From Candidatus Endomicrobiellum trichonymphae (GTDB taxonomy: Bacteria; Elusimicrobiota; Elusimicrobia; UBA1565; UBA9628): a stretch of 32,612 nucleotides of DNA. Every line of letters begins with the position of its first letter. The first letter of the stretch is position 1. Both the position numbers and the translations under genes were made by a program. The stretch lies in the NCBI GenBank assembly GCA_943372155.1, contig CALRXP010000002.1, positions 1 to 32,612 of the forward strand, given 5' to 3'. Shown one piece after another: positions 7,582 to 14,465 of the stretch. The notes beneath the pieces were generated by a model. The model worked only from the letters and a program-made list of their open reading frames with translations. It was not told the DNA's origin and made no database searches.

Positions 7582-7586
7582 CAAAT

Positions 7587-7595
7587 GCGGCTAAC
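7587..7595. repeat. Right copy (GCGGCTAAC) of the 9-bp inverted repeat bracketing the cassette
   Basis: Lies 5 nt upstream of the cassette's first ATG (7581). A near copy, GAGGCTAAC, sits at 6911-6919 directly abutting ATG 6910 of the GNAT gene. Confidence 0.6.
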
Positions 7596-7611
7596 TTGTG
7601 ATTATGCTGAT

Positions 7612-7770
7612 CAGCCTATCCTGGCGGGTAATAAACGTCATCTCCGGATTGTATAGCGAAAACCAATATTTCGCCATGCCGAAGCGTTCGACGAAGGGGA
7701 GATAGGCTGCAATGGTTGTCAGCCTATCACCAATAGGGTAGCCCCCTGCCTATCCTGATTAGGGTAGCGG
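7612..7770. repeat. Intergenic motif cluster: CAGCCTATC x3-4 (one pair forms a 9-bp-stem hairpin) and a 26-bp-period tandem repeat GCCTATC-N5-TAGGGTAGC x2
   Basis: CAGCCTATC at 7612-7620 and 7720-7728, with its complement GATAGGCTG at 7701-7709 (hairpin 7701-7728, 10-nt loop). Tandem units at 7722-7742 and 7748-7768 share 17/21 positions. Confidence 0.6.
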
Positions 7771-7784
7771 TTATTCGGCCTCGA

Positions 7785-8117
7785 CTAGCGCAGCAATGCG
7801 TCGAGCCGACCCAGCACATCCTCAACCACGCTCGCCGGCGTCTTACAGGAGAACTTCGCATCGCGAGCCTGCCAGTCAAGGCTCTTCACTTGATCGGACA
7901 GCACGACGCCGGAGGCATTGAGTCCGGATGGAAGGGGGACTTCGAACGGATAGCCCTTAACCTGGGACGTGATCGGGCAGAACAGCGCGAGGCCGACCTT
8001 GCGGTTGTATTCCTCGGGGGACAAGGTCAAAGCCGGCCTGAGCCCGGCCTGCTCGTGCCCCGACTGCGGCGTGAAGGAGAGCCATACGATGTCGCCGCGC
8101 TTGGGGCAGTAGGCCAT
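7785..8117 (-). CDS. mazF: MazF/PemK-family endoribonuclease toxin
   Basis: Track ORF 7785..8150. I prefer ATG 8117 (MAYCPKRGDIVWLSFTPQSGHEQAGLRPALTLSP...FCPITSQVKGYPFEV), which overlaps the antitoxin stop (TAATG). Confidence 0.85.
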   Translation of the reverse strand: MAYCPKRGDIVWLSFTPQSGHEQAGLRPALTLSPEEYNRKVGLALFCPITSQVKGYPFEVPLPSGLNASGVVLSDQVKSLDWQARDAKFSCKTPASVVEDVLGRLDALLR

Positions 8118-8359
8118 TAAAGGAGCTCCCTGCCGACGGGCGCTCCCCAAGAAATCTCGCTATGGCGATTGTCCTTCGTGACCGCTTTAAGGAGTTGGGA
8201 AAGAGAGAGCTTCCGCTTTTTCACTGGCTTCACCGTCAGGTGGCCGTCTTCAACGGTGAGTTCGACGGAGGTGCCTTGGCTCAGCGCGATCTCCTTTGCG
8301 ACGGAGCTCGGAATTCGCAGAGCCAGGCTGTTTCCCCATTTCTGGACGGTGGCGTTCAT
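8117..8359 (-). CDS. mazE: MazE-type antitoxin (AbrB/SpoVT swapped-hairpin domain)
   Basis: Track ORF 8117..8401. I prefer ATG 8359 (MNATVQKWGNSLALRIPSSVAKEIAL...), preceded by a GGAGA Shine-Dalgarno sequence. Confidence 0.85.
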   Translation of the reverse strand: MNATVQKWGNSLALRIPSSVAKEIALSQGTSVELTVEDGHLTVKPVKKRKLSLSQLLKAVTKDNRHSEISWGAPVGRELL

Positions 8360-8374
8360 GGCGAAGGTCTCCTC

Positions 8375-8417
8375 GATGTATCTACAATGAGTATACATCA
8401 AGAATAGCCCCCGTCAA
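8375..8417 (-). promoter_or_regulatory. Putative sigma70-type promoter of mazEF with an overlapping operator-like inverted repeat
   Basis: Minus strand reads TTGACG (8417-8412), a 16-nt spacer, then TATACT (8395-8390). The inverted repeat GATGTAT-N11-ATACATC (8375-8399) overlaps the -10. Confidence 0.5.
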
Positions 8418-8487
8418 GACCCGGATTTGCCGAATATCCCATGTCTATATACGATTGCGACCCCCGAATTGTTCCCTGACTTGGGCG

Positions 8488-8516
8488 TTGATTTACCCGT
8501 ATTCTCCTGTTAGTCT
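8488..8516 (+). promoter_or_regulatory. Putative promoter of the HNH gene/operon (possibly giving a near-leaderless mRNA)
   Basis: TTGATT (8488-8493), 17-nt spacer, TAGTCT (8511-8516). Only 8 nt separate the -10 from ATG 8525. Confidence 0.3.
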
Positions 8517-8524
8517 ATAGGGAT

Positions 8525-9106
8525 ATGGGGCGTACCCTCGTGCTGAACAGGAGCTTCCGTGCGGTCGCGGTCGCCGATTGGCGCCGCGCCGTCACTCTTG
8601 TTTATATGGGCCTCGCCGAGGCCCTCGACGAGGACCTCACCTCCTACGATTTCCAGGCCTGGATCGCCGCTTCGTCCAATTGGGTTGAGCTTCCCGGCGG
8701 CTTCGTCCAGACGCCTAACATGCGCTTCGCCGTGCCCGAGGTGATCCGGCTCGTGCGCTACGACCGGATCCCGCACCGCGAGGTCGCGTTCACGCGTCAC
8801 AATGTTTTCGCCCGCGACCGCTACAGGTGTTCTTACTGCGGCAAGCGCAAGTCGAGCGACGAGCTCGATTTAGATCACGTCATCCCGCGATCGCGTGACG
8901 GCGCCAACGAATGGACGAACGTGGTGACCTCATGCCGGCCGTGCAATTTGAAGAAGGCCGACCGCCTGCCCGATGAGGCCGGCATGCCGCTCAAGAACCG
9001 GCCGGTGCGCCCGAGATGGACCTTGATGGGAAGCCTTGTGCCTCACCCGAGGGCGCATATCCCCGATAGCTGGAAGAAGCTGCTGTCCGAAGAGCCGACG
9101 GCGTGA
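8525..9106 (+). CDS. HNH endonuclease
   Basis: 193 aa. C-terminal HNH/zinc motif CSYCG...LDLDHVIPRSRDG...NVVTSCRPCNLKK. Confidence 0.85.
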   Translation: MGRTLVLNRSFRAVAVADWRRAVTLVYMGLAEALDEDLTSYDFQAWIAASSNWVELPGGFVQTPNMRFAVPEVIRLVRYDRIPHREVAFTRHNVFARDRYRCSYCGKRKSSDELDLDHVIPRSRDGANEWTNVVTSCRPCNLKKADRLPDEAGMPLKNRPVRPRWTLMGSLVPHPRAHIPDSWKKLLSEEPTA

Positions 9107-10023
9107 GCGTCAAAGCCCTCGGAAAAGCGGAGCTTCTGGAAGCGCTCGTCGAGCGTGAACCAGACGACCACAAAGGAATTTTCGGCCATGTCCTCGTCGT
9201 GGCCGGTTCGAGAGGAATGGCCGGCGCCGCGATCCTGGCCGCGAGGGGCGCCCTGCGCTCTGGAGCCGGTCTCGTCACCGTCGCCGTGCCCGCCGGTGTC
9301 GCCGGAACGGTGGCGGGCGCCGTGCCGTCGGCCATGACGCTCGGTTTGCCGGAAAACAATGCGGGCGCATTCCGCCCCGAGGGCGTGGACCGGTTGAAGG
9401 AATATGCGAAGGAACGAAGAGTCATGACGATGGCGATCGGCCCCGGGATGACGACGCACGCGGACGCCGCGAGATTCGTCCTGCTCGCGTTGTCCGGCGT
9501 GCCCGCCGCGGCGGTCGTGGATGCCGACGCACTGAATAATTTGGCCCAGCAAGAATTAGACGGCGTGGTTCAGATGCTCAAGGCCAGGAAGCAGCCCTGT
9601 GTGTTCACCCCGCATCCCGCCGAGGCCGGGCGATTGCTCGGCATGAAGAAGGTCGATGTGGAGGCCCAGCGCCTGAAGTGCGCGGAGAAGCTGGCGCGCA
9701 GCCTCGGCGGAGTCGCTTTGCTGAAGGGAAGAAAAACGTTGATCTCGACTGGCGCGCGCACGGTGGCCAACTCGACCGGCGGGAGCGGATTGGCGAAGGC
9801 CGGCTCGGGAGACGTGCTCACGGGGCTGATCGCGGGACTGTGGTCGCAGATGCTGGCGTCGGGCCGAGTGACCGGCGATTTGCCGTTTAAGGCGGCCACG
9901 CTCGGCGCCTGGCTGCACGGCGCGGCGGGCGAGGCGGCCGAGAAGGAGCTGACCGCGTGGGCCATGACGTCGTCCGATATCCCCGATTATCTGCCTCACG
10001 CCTTCAAAGCCCTGTGCGCTTAA
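9103..10023 (+). CDS. nnrD: ADP-dependent NAD(P)H-hydrate dehydratase (YjeF C-terminal domain type)
   Basis: 306 aa. Motifs HKGIFGHVLVVAGSRGMAGAAILAARGALRSGAGLV and GSGDVLTG. The GTG start overlaps the HNH stop (GTGA). Confidence 0.85.
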   Translation: MSVKALGKAELLEALVEREPDDHKGIFGHVLVVAGSRGMAGAAILAARGALRSGAGLVTVAVPAGVAGTVAGAVPSAMTLGLPENNAGAFRPEGVDRLKEYAKERRVMTMAIGPGMTTHADAARFVLLALSGVPAAAVVDADALNNLAQQELDGVVQMLKARKQPCVFTPHPAEAGRLLGMKKVDVEAQRLKCAEKLARSLGGVALLKGRKTLISTGARTVANSTGGSGLAKAGSGDVLTGLIAGLWSQMLASGRVTGDLPFKAATLGAWLHGAAGEAAEKELTAWAMTSSDIPDYLPHAFKALCA

Positions 10024-10025
10024 AA

Positions 10026-10469
10026 TTGAAGGACGAGAAGGAGACGATCGCCTTCGGCGAGCGGATCGGGCGGAAGCTGAAGCCCGGAGCGGTCGTGCTT
10101 CTGAGAGGGGAGCTCGGCGCGGGCAAAACGACCTTCACGCGCGGCCTCGCGCGGGGCACCGGTTTTAAAGGACGCGTGTCGAGCCCGACATTCGCGCTTG
10201 CTCACGTGTATCGCGGAAAACGCCTGACGGTCCATCATCTGGATCTGTATCGCGTGGCGAAGAGCGGCGATTCGGAGATTGGATTGGACGAGCTTCTGGC
10301 CGACCCGAAGGGCGCGGTGGTCGTCGAGTGGCCGGACGCGACCGGCGGAGTCTGGCCGAAGGATCGGTTGGAGATCACGCTATCGCACGCTGATCATGGT
10401 CGAACGGTTGTCACGAAAGCGACGGGTCCGCGCTCGCGGGCGTTGCAAAGTTCTAGAATCGGTTCATGA
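10026..10469 (+). CDS. tsaE: tRNA t6A37 biosynthesis ATPase TsaE
   Basis: Track ORF 9957..10469. P-loop GELGAGKTTFTRGLARG, then SPTFAL and HLDLYR. The start is uncertain; I chose TTG 10026, just after the nnrD stop. Confidence 0.8.
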   Translation: MKDEKETIAFGERIGRKLKPGAVVLLRGELGAGKTTFTRGLARGTGFKGRVSSPTFALAHVYRGKRLTVHHLDLYRVAKSGDSEIGLDELLADPKGAVVVEWPDATGGVWPKDRLEITLSHADHGRTVVTKATGPRSRALQSSRIGS

Positions 10470-11038
10470 ACATTCTCGCCGTTGACGTCACGGGCGACGT
10501 CATGTCCGTGGCCGTCGGACGGCATGAGCTCAAACGCGCCGGGAAGCTGCACGACGAGGCGTTGCTGCCTCTCGTCGAGCGCCTGCTCAAAAAGGCCAAG
10601 CTGAAGTGGTCGGATCTCGACGCGATCGCCGCGGCCTCGGGCCCCGGACGGTTTACCGGAATCCGCATCGGCATGTCCTTTGCGACCGCCGCCGGATTCC
10701 AGCTGAAGATCCCCGCGCTCGCCGTCAGCCGGCTGGCCGCCGCGGCGGCGAGATCCTCGGACGCCATCGTCATCGGAGCTTTGCCCGGGTGGCGGGACGA
10801 GGTGTACACCCAGGAGTTCCGGAAGGGGAAGGCGAAGGGCGAGGCGATTTGGACGGCTCCGAGCGAGTGGCCGGCGCTGAGGGCCTCGTTCGAGAAGAAA
10901 GGTTTGACCGTGAGCTACGGCGATACGACGGCCGTGGATCTGATACCGGTCGCCGCGGCCATGCTTAAGGCCAAGAAGATTCCGCCGTTCAAGCCGTTCT
11001 ATCTCAAGCCGGCGAGCTATGAGCGCCCCGTCCGTTAG
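10466..11038 (+). CDS. tsaB: tRNA t6A37 biosynthesis protein TsaB
   Basis: MNILAVDVTGDVMSVAV... and GPGRFTGIRIG. ATGA overlap with tsaE. Confidence 0.8.
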   Translation: MNILAVDVTGDVMSVAVGRHELKRAGKLHDEALLPLVERLLKKAKLKWSDLDAIAAASGPGRFTGIRIGMSFATAAGFQLKIPALAVSRLAAAAARSSDAIVIGALPGWRDEVYTQEFRKGKAKGEAIWTAPSEWPALRASFEKKGLTVSYGDTTAVDLIPVAAAMLKAKKIPPFKPFYLKPASYERPVR

Positions 11039-11447
11039 GATCGCGACCGTCGACGACGTAACGGATATATTCAAGATCGCGAAGTCGCGTCCCTTTACGG
11101 CCAAGTGGTCGGCGGAGGCACTGTCCGCGGAAATCCCCCGCGCGGATTCTATTTTTCTCGTCGTGCCCGGTCACGGTTACGCCTTAGCCCGCGTCGTGGC
11201 CGATGATTGTCGTTTGCTCGATTTAGCCGCGGCTTCGGACGGTGCCGGCGTTGGGCGGGCCTTGATCTCTGCCCTTTCAAAGACGGCCAAGGCCCGGTCC
11301 TGCGCGAAGATTACGTTGGAGGTCTCTGCCCTTAATTCGCGCGCCATTTCGTTCTACGAAAAAGCGGGATGGCGTGTTGTGGGACGCAGACCTAAATTCT
11401 ATGATGACGGCTCGGACGCCGTGCTGATGGACCTCGACATCTCTTGA
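11019..11447 (+). CDS. rimI: GNAT acetyltransferase, ribosomal-protein-alanine N-acetyltransferase type
   Basis: 142 aa. Sits in the classic tsaE-tsaB-rimI context. GVGRALISAL and FYEKAGW motifs. Confidence 0.7.
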   Translation: MSAPSVRIATVDDVTDIFKIAKSRPFTAKWSAEALSAEIPRADSIFLVVPGHGYALARVVADDCRLLDLAAASDGAGVGRALISALSKTAKARSCAKITLEVSALNSRAISFYEKAGWRVVGRRPKFYDDGSDAVLMDLDIS

Positions 11448-13567
11448 ACCTACTCCTCGCGTTGCTGCTCGTCCTGCCCGCCTCCGCCCGCGCGTCCTCG
11501 TCGGGCGGCTCCGCGTCGGCGACGGGCGCCCAGCAGGAATATCTCCGCGGAACTCTTTTGGAACGCCGCGGCGCGTTCGTCGAAGCGCTGGCCGCGTATG
11601 AGAACGCGCTGACGCTCGATCCCGCGTCGGCGTTTCTGGCCGGCGAGGCCGCCGACCTTGCGCTCGAGCTCGAGGACTGGGGCCGGGCCGAGAAGTGGGC
11701 GCGCAAGCGTCTGGAACTGGCGCCCAAGGACGGCAAGTCGCAGATGATCTTGGCGCGCGTGTTCTGGGCGCGAGGCGAGGAGGCGGAGGCGACCGCGCAG
11801 TTCGAGGCCGCGCTCAAGCTCGATCCCGCGTCGATCGACGCGATCATGGCGCTGACGGAGCTGATCGCTCCGAAGGATCCCAAGAAGGCGCGGGCTTTGC
11901 TCGAGAAGTTCCTGGCGGGCAATCCCGAGCACGCCGCGAAGGTCCTGCACGAGCTCGCGAAGCTCGACGCGCAGGAGGCCCGCTATCCCGCCGCCGTCGA
12001 GAAGCTGAGACGGGCGATCGCGCTCGACGAGGGCGAGTCCGACCCGGTGCGGCTGACGCTCGGCCAGGTGTTTGAGATTTCTCACGATACCGCCTCCGCC
12101 GTCGAGGAGTACCGGAAGGTGTTGGTCACGATCCCCGACGACTACGAGCTGTGGGAGCACGTGGCCGAGCTCGAGGCCGCGCGCGGGGACGACAACGCCG
12201 CGCGGGCGGAGTTTTTGAGGCTGAAGGAGAAGAAGCCCGACGATGCGGCGGCCGCGACGTGGCTGGCGACCGACGCGGAGCGCTCGGGCGAATTCGCGAA
12301 GGCGGCGGCGTACCTCAAGGACAGCTCGGCGCTCAAGGACGATCCGACGGTGCATCTGCGCCTGGGTTATTATCAGCTGCAGGCCGGCGGCGTGAAGGAG
12401 GCGATGAAGACCCTTCAAGACGCGCGCAAGCGCTGGCCGAAGGACGACCGCATCGCGTACTACCTTGCGCTCGGCCACGACGATTTGGGCGAACGGGCCG
12501 AGGCGGCTTCGCTTCTGCGCGAGGTGCTGGCGCTCAAGCCCGACGACCGGGACGCGCGCTGGCAGCTGGCGACGATTCTGGAAAAGGACAACAAGATCGC
12601 CGAGGCGGAGATCGAGTTCCGCAAGCTGCTCGAAAGCAAGCCCGACGACGCGCCGGCTTTGAACTATCTCGGCTACGCTTTGGCGGACCGCGGCCTCAAG
12701 CTCACGCAAGCCGAGGAGCTGATCCGCCGCGCCTTGGCGCTCGAGCCGGGCAACGCCGCGTACCGTGATTCCTTAGGCTGGGCGTTGTTCAAGCAGGGGC
12801 GAAGCACCGAAGCGGTGGCCGAGCTCCGGGCGTCCGCGTCCGTGATCGCCGACGACGAGGCGCTGTGGGAGCATTTGGCCGCGGCGTATGAGGCGACGGG
12901 CAACTCCTCCGAGGCGTGGCTCGCGTGGCGGCTGGCGCAGAGCCTGGGCGCCGCCAAGGCCGGCGAGAAGGCCGAGGCTTTGCAGAAGCCGATGAGCGAC
13001 GAGGTCCTGGGCGAGCTGTGGCGCCGGCACCTGGACGCGGTGCAGGGCGGCGTGAAAAAAATGAGCGGCCTGTGCGAGCTCCGGGGGCGGATCGCCGGTC
13101 GCGCCGTGTCGCGCCAGGCGCTGTTCACCTTCCGCGCGCCGCGCAAGGTGTCGTTCGAATTGCTCGGTCCGATGTTCTCGACCGTATGGCGCGCCAATCT
13201 CGACGAGCGTGGCTTTGCGATGGACCAATTTCCCGTCGAGGGCGTGGACCAGGGCCGGGTCGAGGAGGCCGCGCGCGGCGCGTTCACCGCGATCGCCGCC
13301 GCGCTGTCGGGCGAGGCGTTTTCCGCCGGGCCGGCGCGCATGGAGCGCGGCTGGGGCCGGACGAGCCTGATGCGGCCGGCTTGGCGCATCGATCTGGGCG
13401 AAGGGCTGGCGCGCTCGATTTCGCCGGCGGACAACGGCGTGTCGGTGTCGCTCTCGGATTTTTCGCGCGTACGCGCGCGCCAGGTGCCGCGTCTCATGGA
13501 AACGAAGGGCCGGTTTTGGGAGCTCGCGATCTCGTGCGCGGAGCCGAAGGCGGAGTTCCAGCCGTGA
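11444..13567 (+). CDS. Secreted tetratricopeptide-repeat protein with a non-TPR C-terminal domain
   Basis: 707 aa. Signal peptide MNLLLALLLVLPASARA. Many TPR-like A..Y..AL.LDP repeats up to about aa 500. The last roughly 190 aa lack this periodicity. Confidence 0.8.
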   Translation: MNLLLALLLVLPASARASSSGGSASATGAQQEYLRGTLLERRGAFVEALAAYENALTLDPASAFLAGEAADLALELEDWGRAEKWARKRLELAPKDGKSQMILARVFWARGEEAEATAQFEAALKLDPASIDAIMALTELIAPKDPKKARALLEKFLAGNPEHAAKVLHELAKLDAQEARYPAAVEKLRRAIALDEGESDPVRLTLGQVFEISHDTASAVEEYRKVLVTIPDDYELWEHVAELEAARGDDNAARAEFLRLKEKKPDDAAAATWLATDAERSGEFAKAAAYLKDSSALKDDPTVHLRLGYYQLQAGGVKEAMKTLQDARKRWPKDDRIAYYLALGHDDLGERAEAASLLREVLALKPDDRDARWQLATILEKDNKIAEAEIEFRKLLESKPDDAPALNYLGYALADRGLKLTQAEELIRRALALEPGNAAYRDSLGWALFKQGRSTEAVAELRASASVIADDEALWEHLAAAYEATGNSSEAWLAWRLAQSLGAAKAGEKAEALQKPMSDEVLGELWRRHLDAVQGGVKKMSGLCELRGRIAGRAVSRQALFTFRAPRKVSFELLGPMFSTVWRANLDERGFAMDQFPVEGVDQGRVEEAARGAFTAIAAALSGEAFSAGPARMERGWGRTSLMRPAWRIDLGEGLARSISPADNGVSVSLSDFSRVRARQVPRLMETKGRFWELAISCAEPKAEFQP

Positions 13568-13569
13568 CG

Positions 13570-14460
13570 ATGAAACAGCAGTGCCCGGCCAAAATCAACC
13601 TGTTCCTGGAAGTCACCGGGCGACGGAAGGACGGCTATCACACCCTCGCGACCCTTTTCGCCAAGATCAACCTGTACGACGTCCTCGAGATGGAGGTGGT
13701 CAACGGCAATAAGCCGACCCTCGAAATCGTGGACGAACTCAATACCATGCCTCTGTCGGCCGGGCCGGACAACCTGGTTTTGCGCGCGGCCCGGGCGTTT
13801 TACCACCAGTTCCATGTCGGGGTCGGGGTTAAGATCGTCCTGTACAAGCGGATTCCGATGGGTGCTGGCCTGGGCGGGGGCTCGTCCGACGCAGCGGGGA
13901 CTCTTCTCGGATTAGCCAGGCTTTTAAAGATCAATTTGACAGCTGCTAAGAAGAAAAAATTGCATGAAATCGGAGTCAAATTGGGCGCCGACGTGCCGTT
14001 TTTCCTCAAGGACGCCAATTTCTGCCGGGCGACGGGCATCGGCGACCGGCTCAAGCCCGTCAAAATCGCGAAATCCCTGCCTTTTATGGTCCTGGTCTGG
14101 CCCGGTTTCCCGTCGCCGACCGGCCCTGTTTTCACCGCCGTTCCGCCCCGAAAGCGGGCCGAAACGTTGACGCGACTCTCCCAACTTGATAAACTCATTC
14201 GTCGTCTGAGAATGGGCCGTCCCGTGAGCGAATGGGGGGGGCTCCTTTTCAACCGTCTTGAGCAGGCGGAACTGCCGGTGATGAAAGACGTCGCTCAGGC
14301 CCGCCGCATTATGGAAGCGACGGGCGCGAAGGGAGTGCGTATGTCGGGTTCGGGTTCCTCGGTTTACGGTTTCGTGAGTTCGCATGCCGAAGGCATGCGC
14401 GTCGTGAAGCGGCTCCAGGCGTACCCCTGGAAGGTCTATTTGACGAGCTGTCACGGCTGA
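13570..14460 (+). CDS. ispE: 4-diphosphocytidyl-2-C-methyl-D-erythritol kinase
   Basis: Lies within track ORF 12916..14460. The real start is ATG 13570 (MKQQCPAKINLFLEVTGRRKDGYHTL...), with GHMP motif PMGAGLGGGSSDAA. Confidence 0.9.
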   Translation: MKQQCPAKINLFLEVTGRRKDGYHTLATLFAKINLYDVLEMEVVNGNKPTLEIVDELNTMPLSAGPDNLVLRAARAFYHQFHVGVGVKIVLYKRIPMGAGLGGGSSDAAGTLLGLARLLKINLTAAKKKKLHEIGVKLGADVPFFLKDANFCRATGIGDRLKPVKIAKSLPFMVLVWPGFPSPTGPVFTAVPPRKRAETLTRLSQLDKLIRRLRMGRPVSEWGGLLFNRLEQAELPVMKDVAQARRIMEATGAKGVRMSGSGSSVYGFVSSHAEGMRVVKRLQAYPWKVYLTSCHG

Positions 14461-14465
14461 ACATC

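Larger units (their letters stand above)
6040..8440. other. Compositionally distinct lower-GC island (probable horizontally acquired accessory DNA) with no integrase or transposase
   Basis: Hand-counted 60-nt lines: 38% (6721-6780) and 53% (7381-7440) in the cassette, 62% (7861-7920) in mazF, versus 72% (12001-12060) in a flanking gene. Content: a nuclease/GNAT/HEPN-like cassette plus mazEF. Confidence 0.6.

Noticed and set aside
7722-7768. Possible CRISPR-like or minisatellite array.
   Set aside because: There are only two 21-nt units with a 26-bp period and no further repeats or cas genes. They are better described as tandem binding-site-like repeats.
12916-14460. 514-aa ORF suggesting a very long IspE. 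Likewise 23276..25003 suggests a 575-aa ProB and 25914..27047 a 377-aa SDR.
   Set aside because: The N-terminal extensions are Arg/Gly-rich read-through of neighbouring or antisense genes. Conserved N-termini begin at internal ATGs (13570, 23912, 26238) that give the tight spacing or overlap with the preceding gene typical of this genome.
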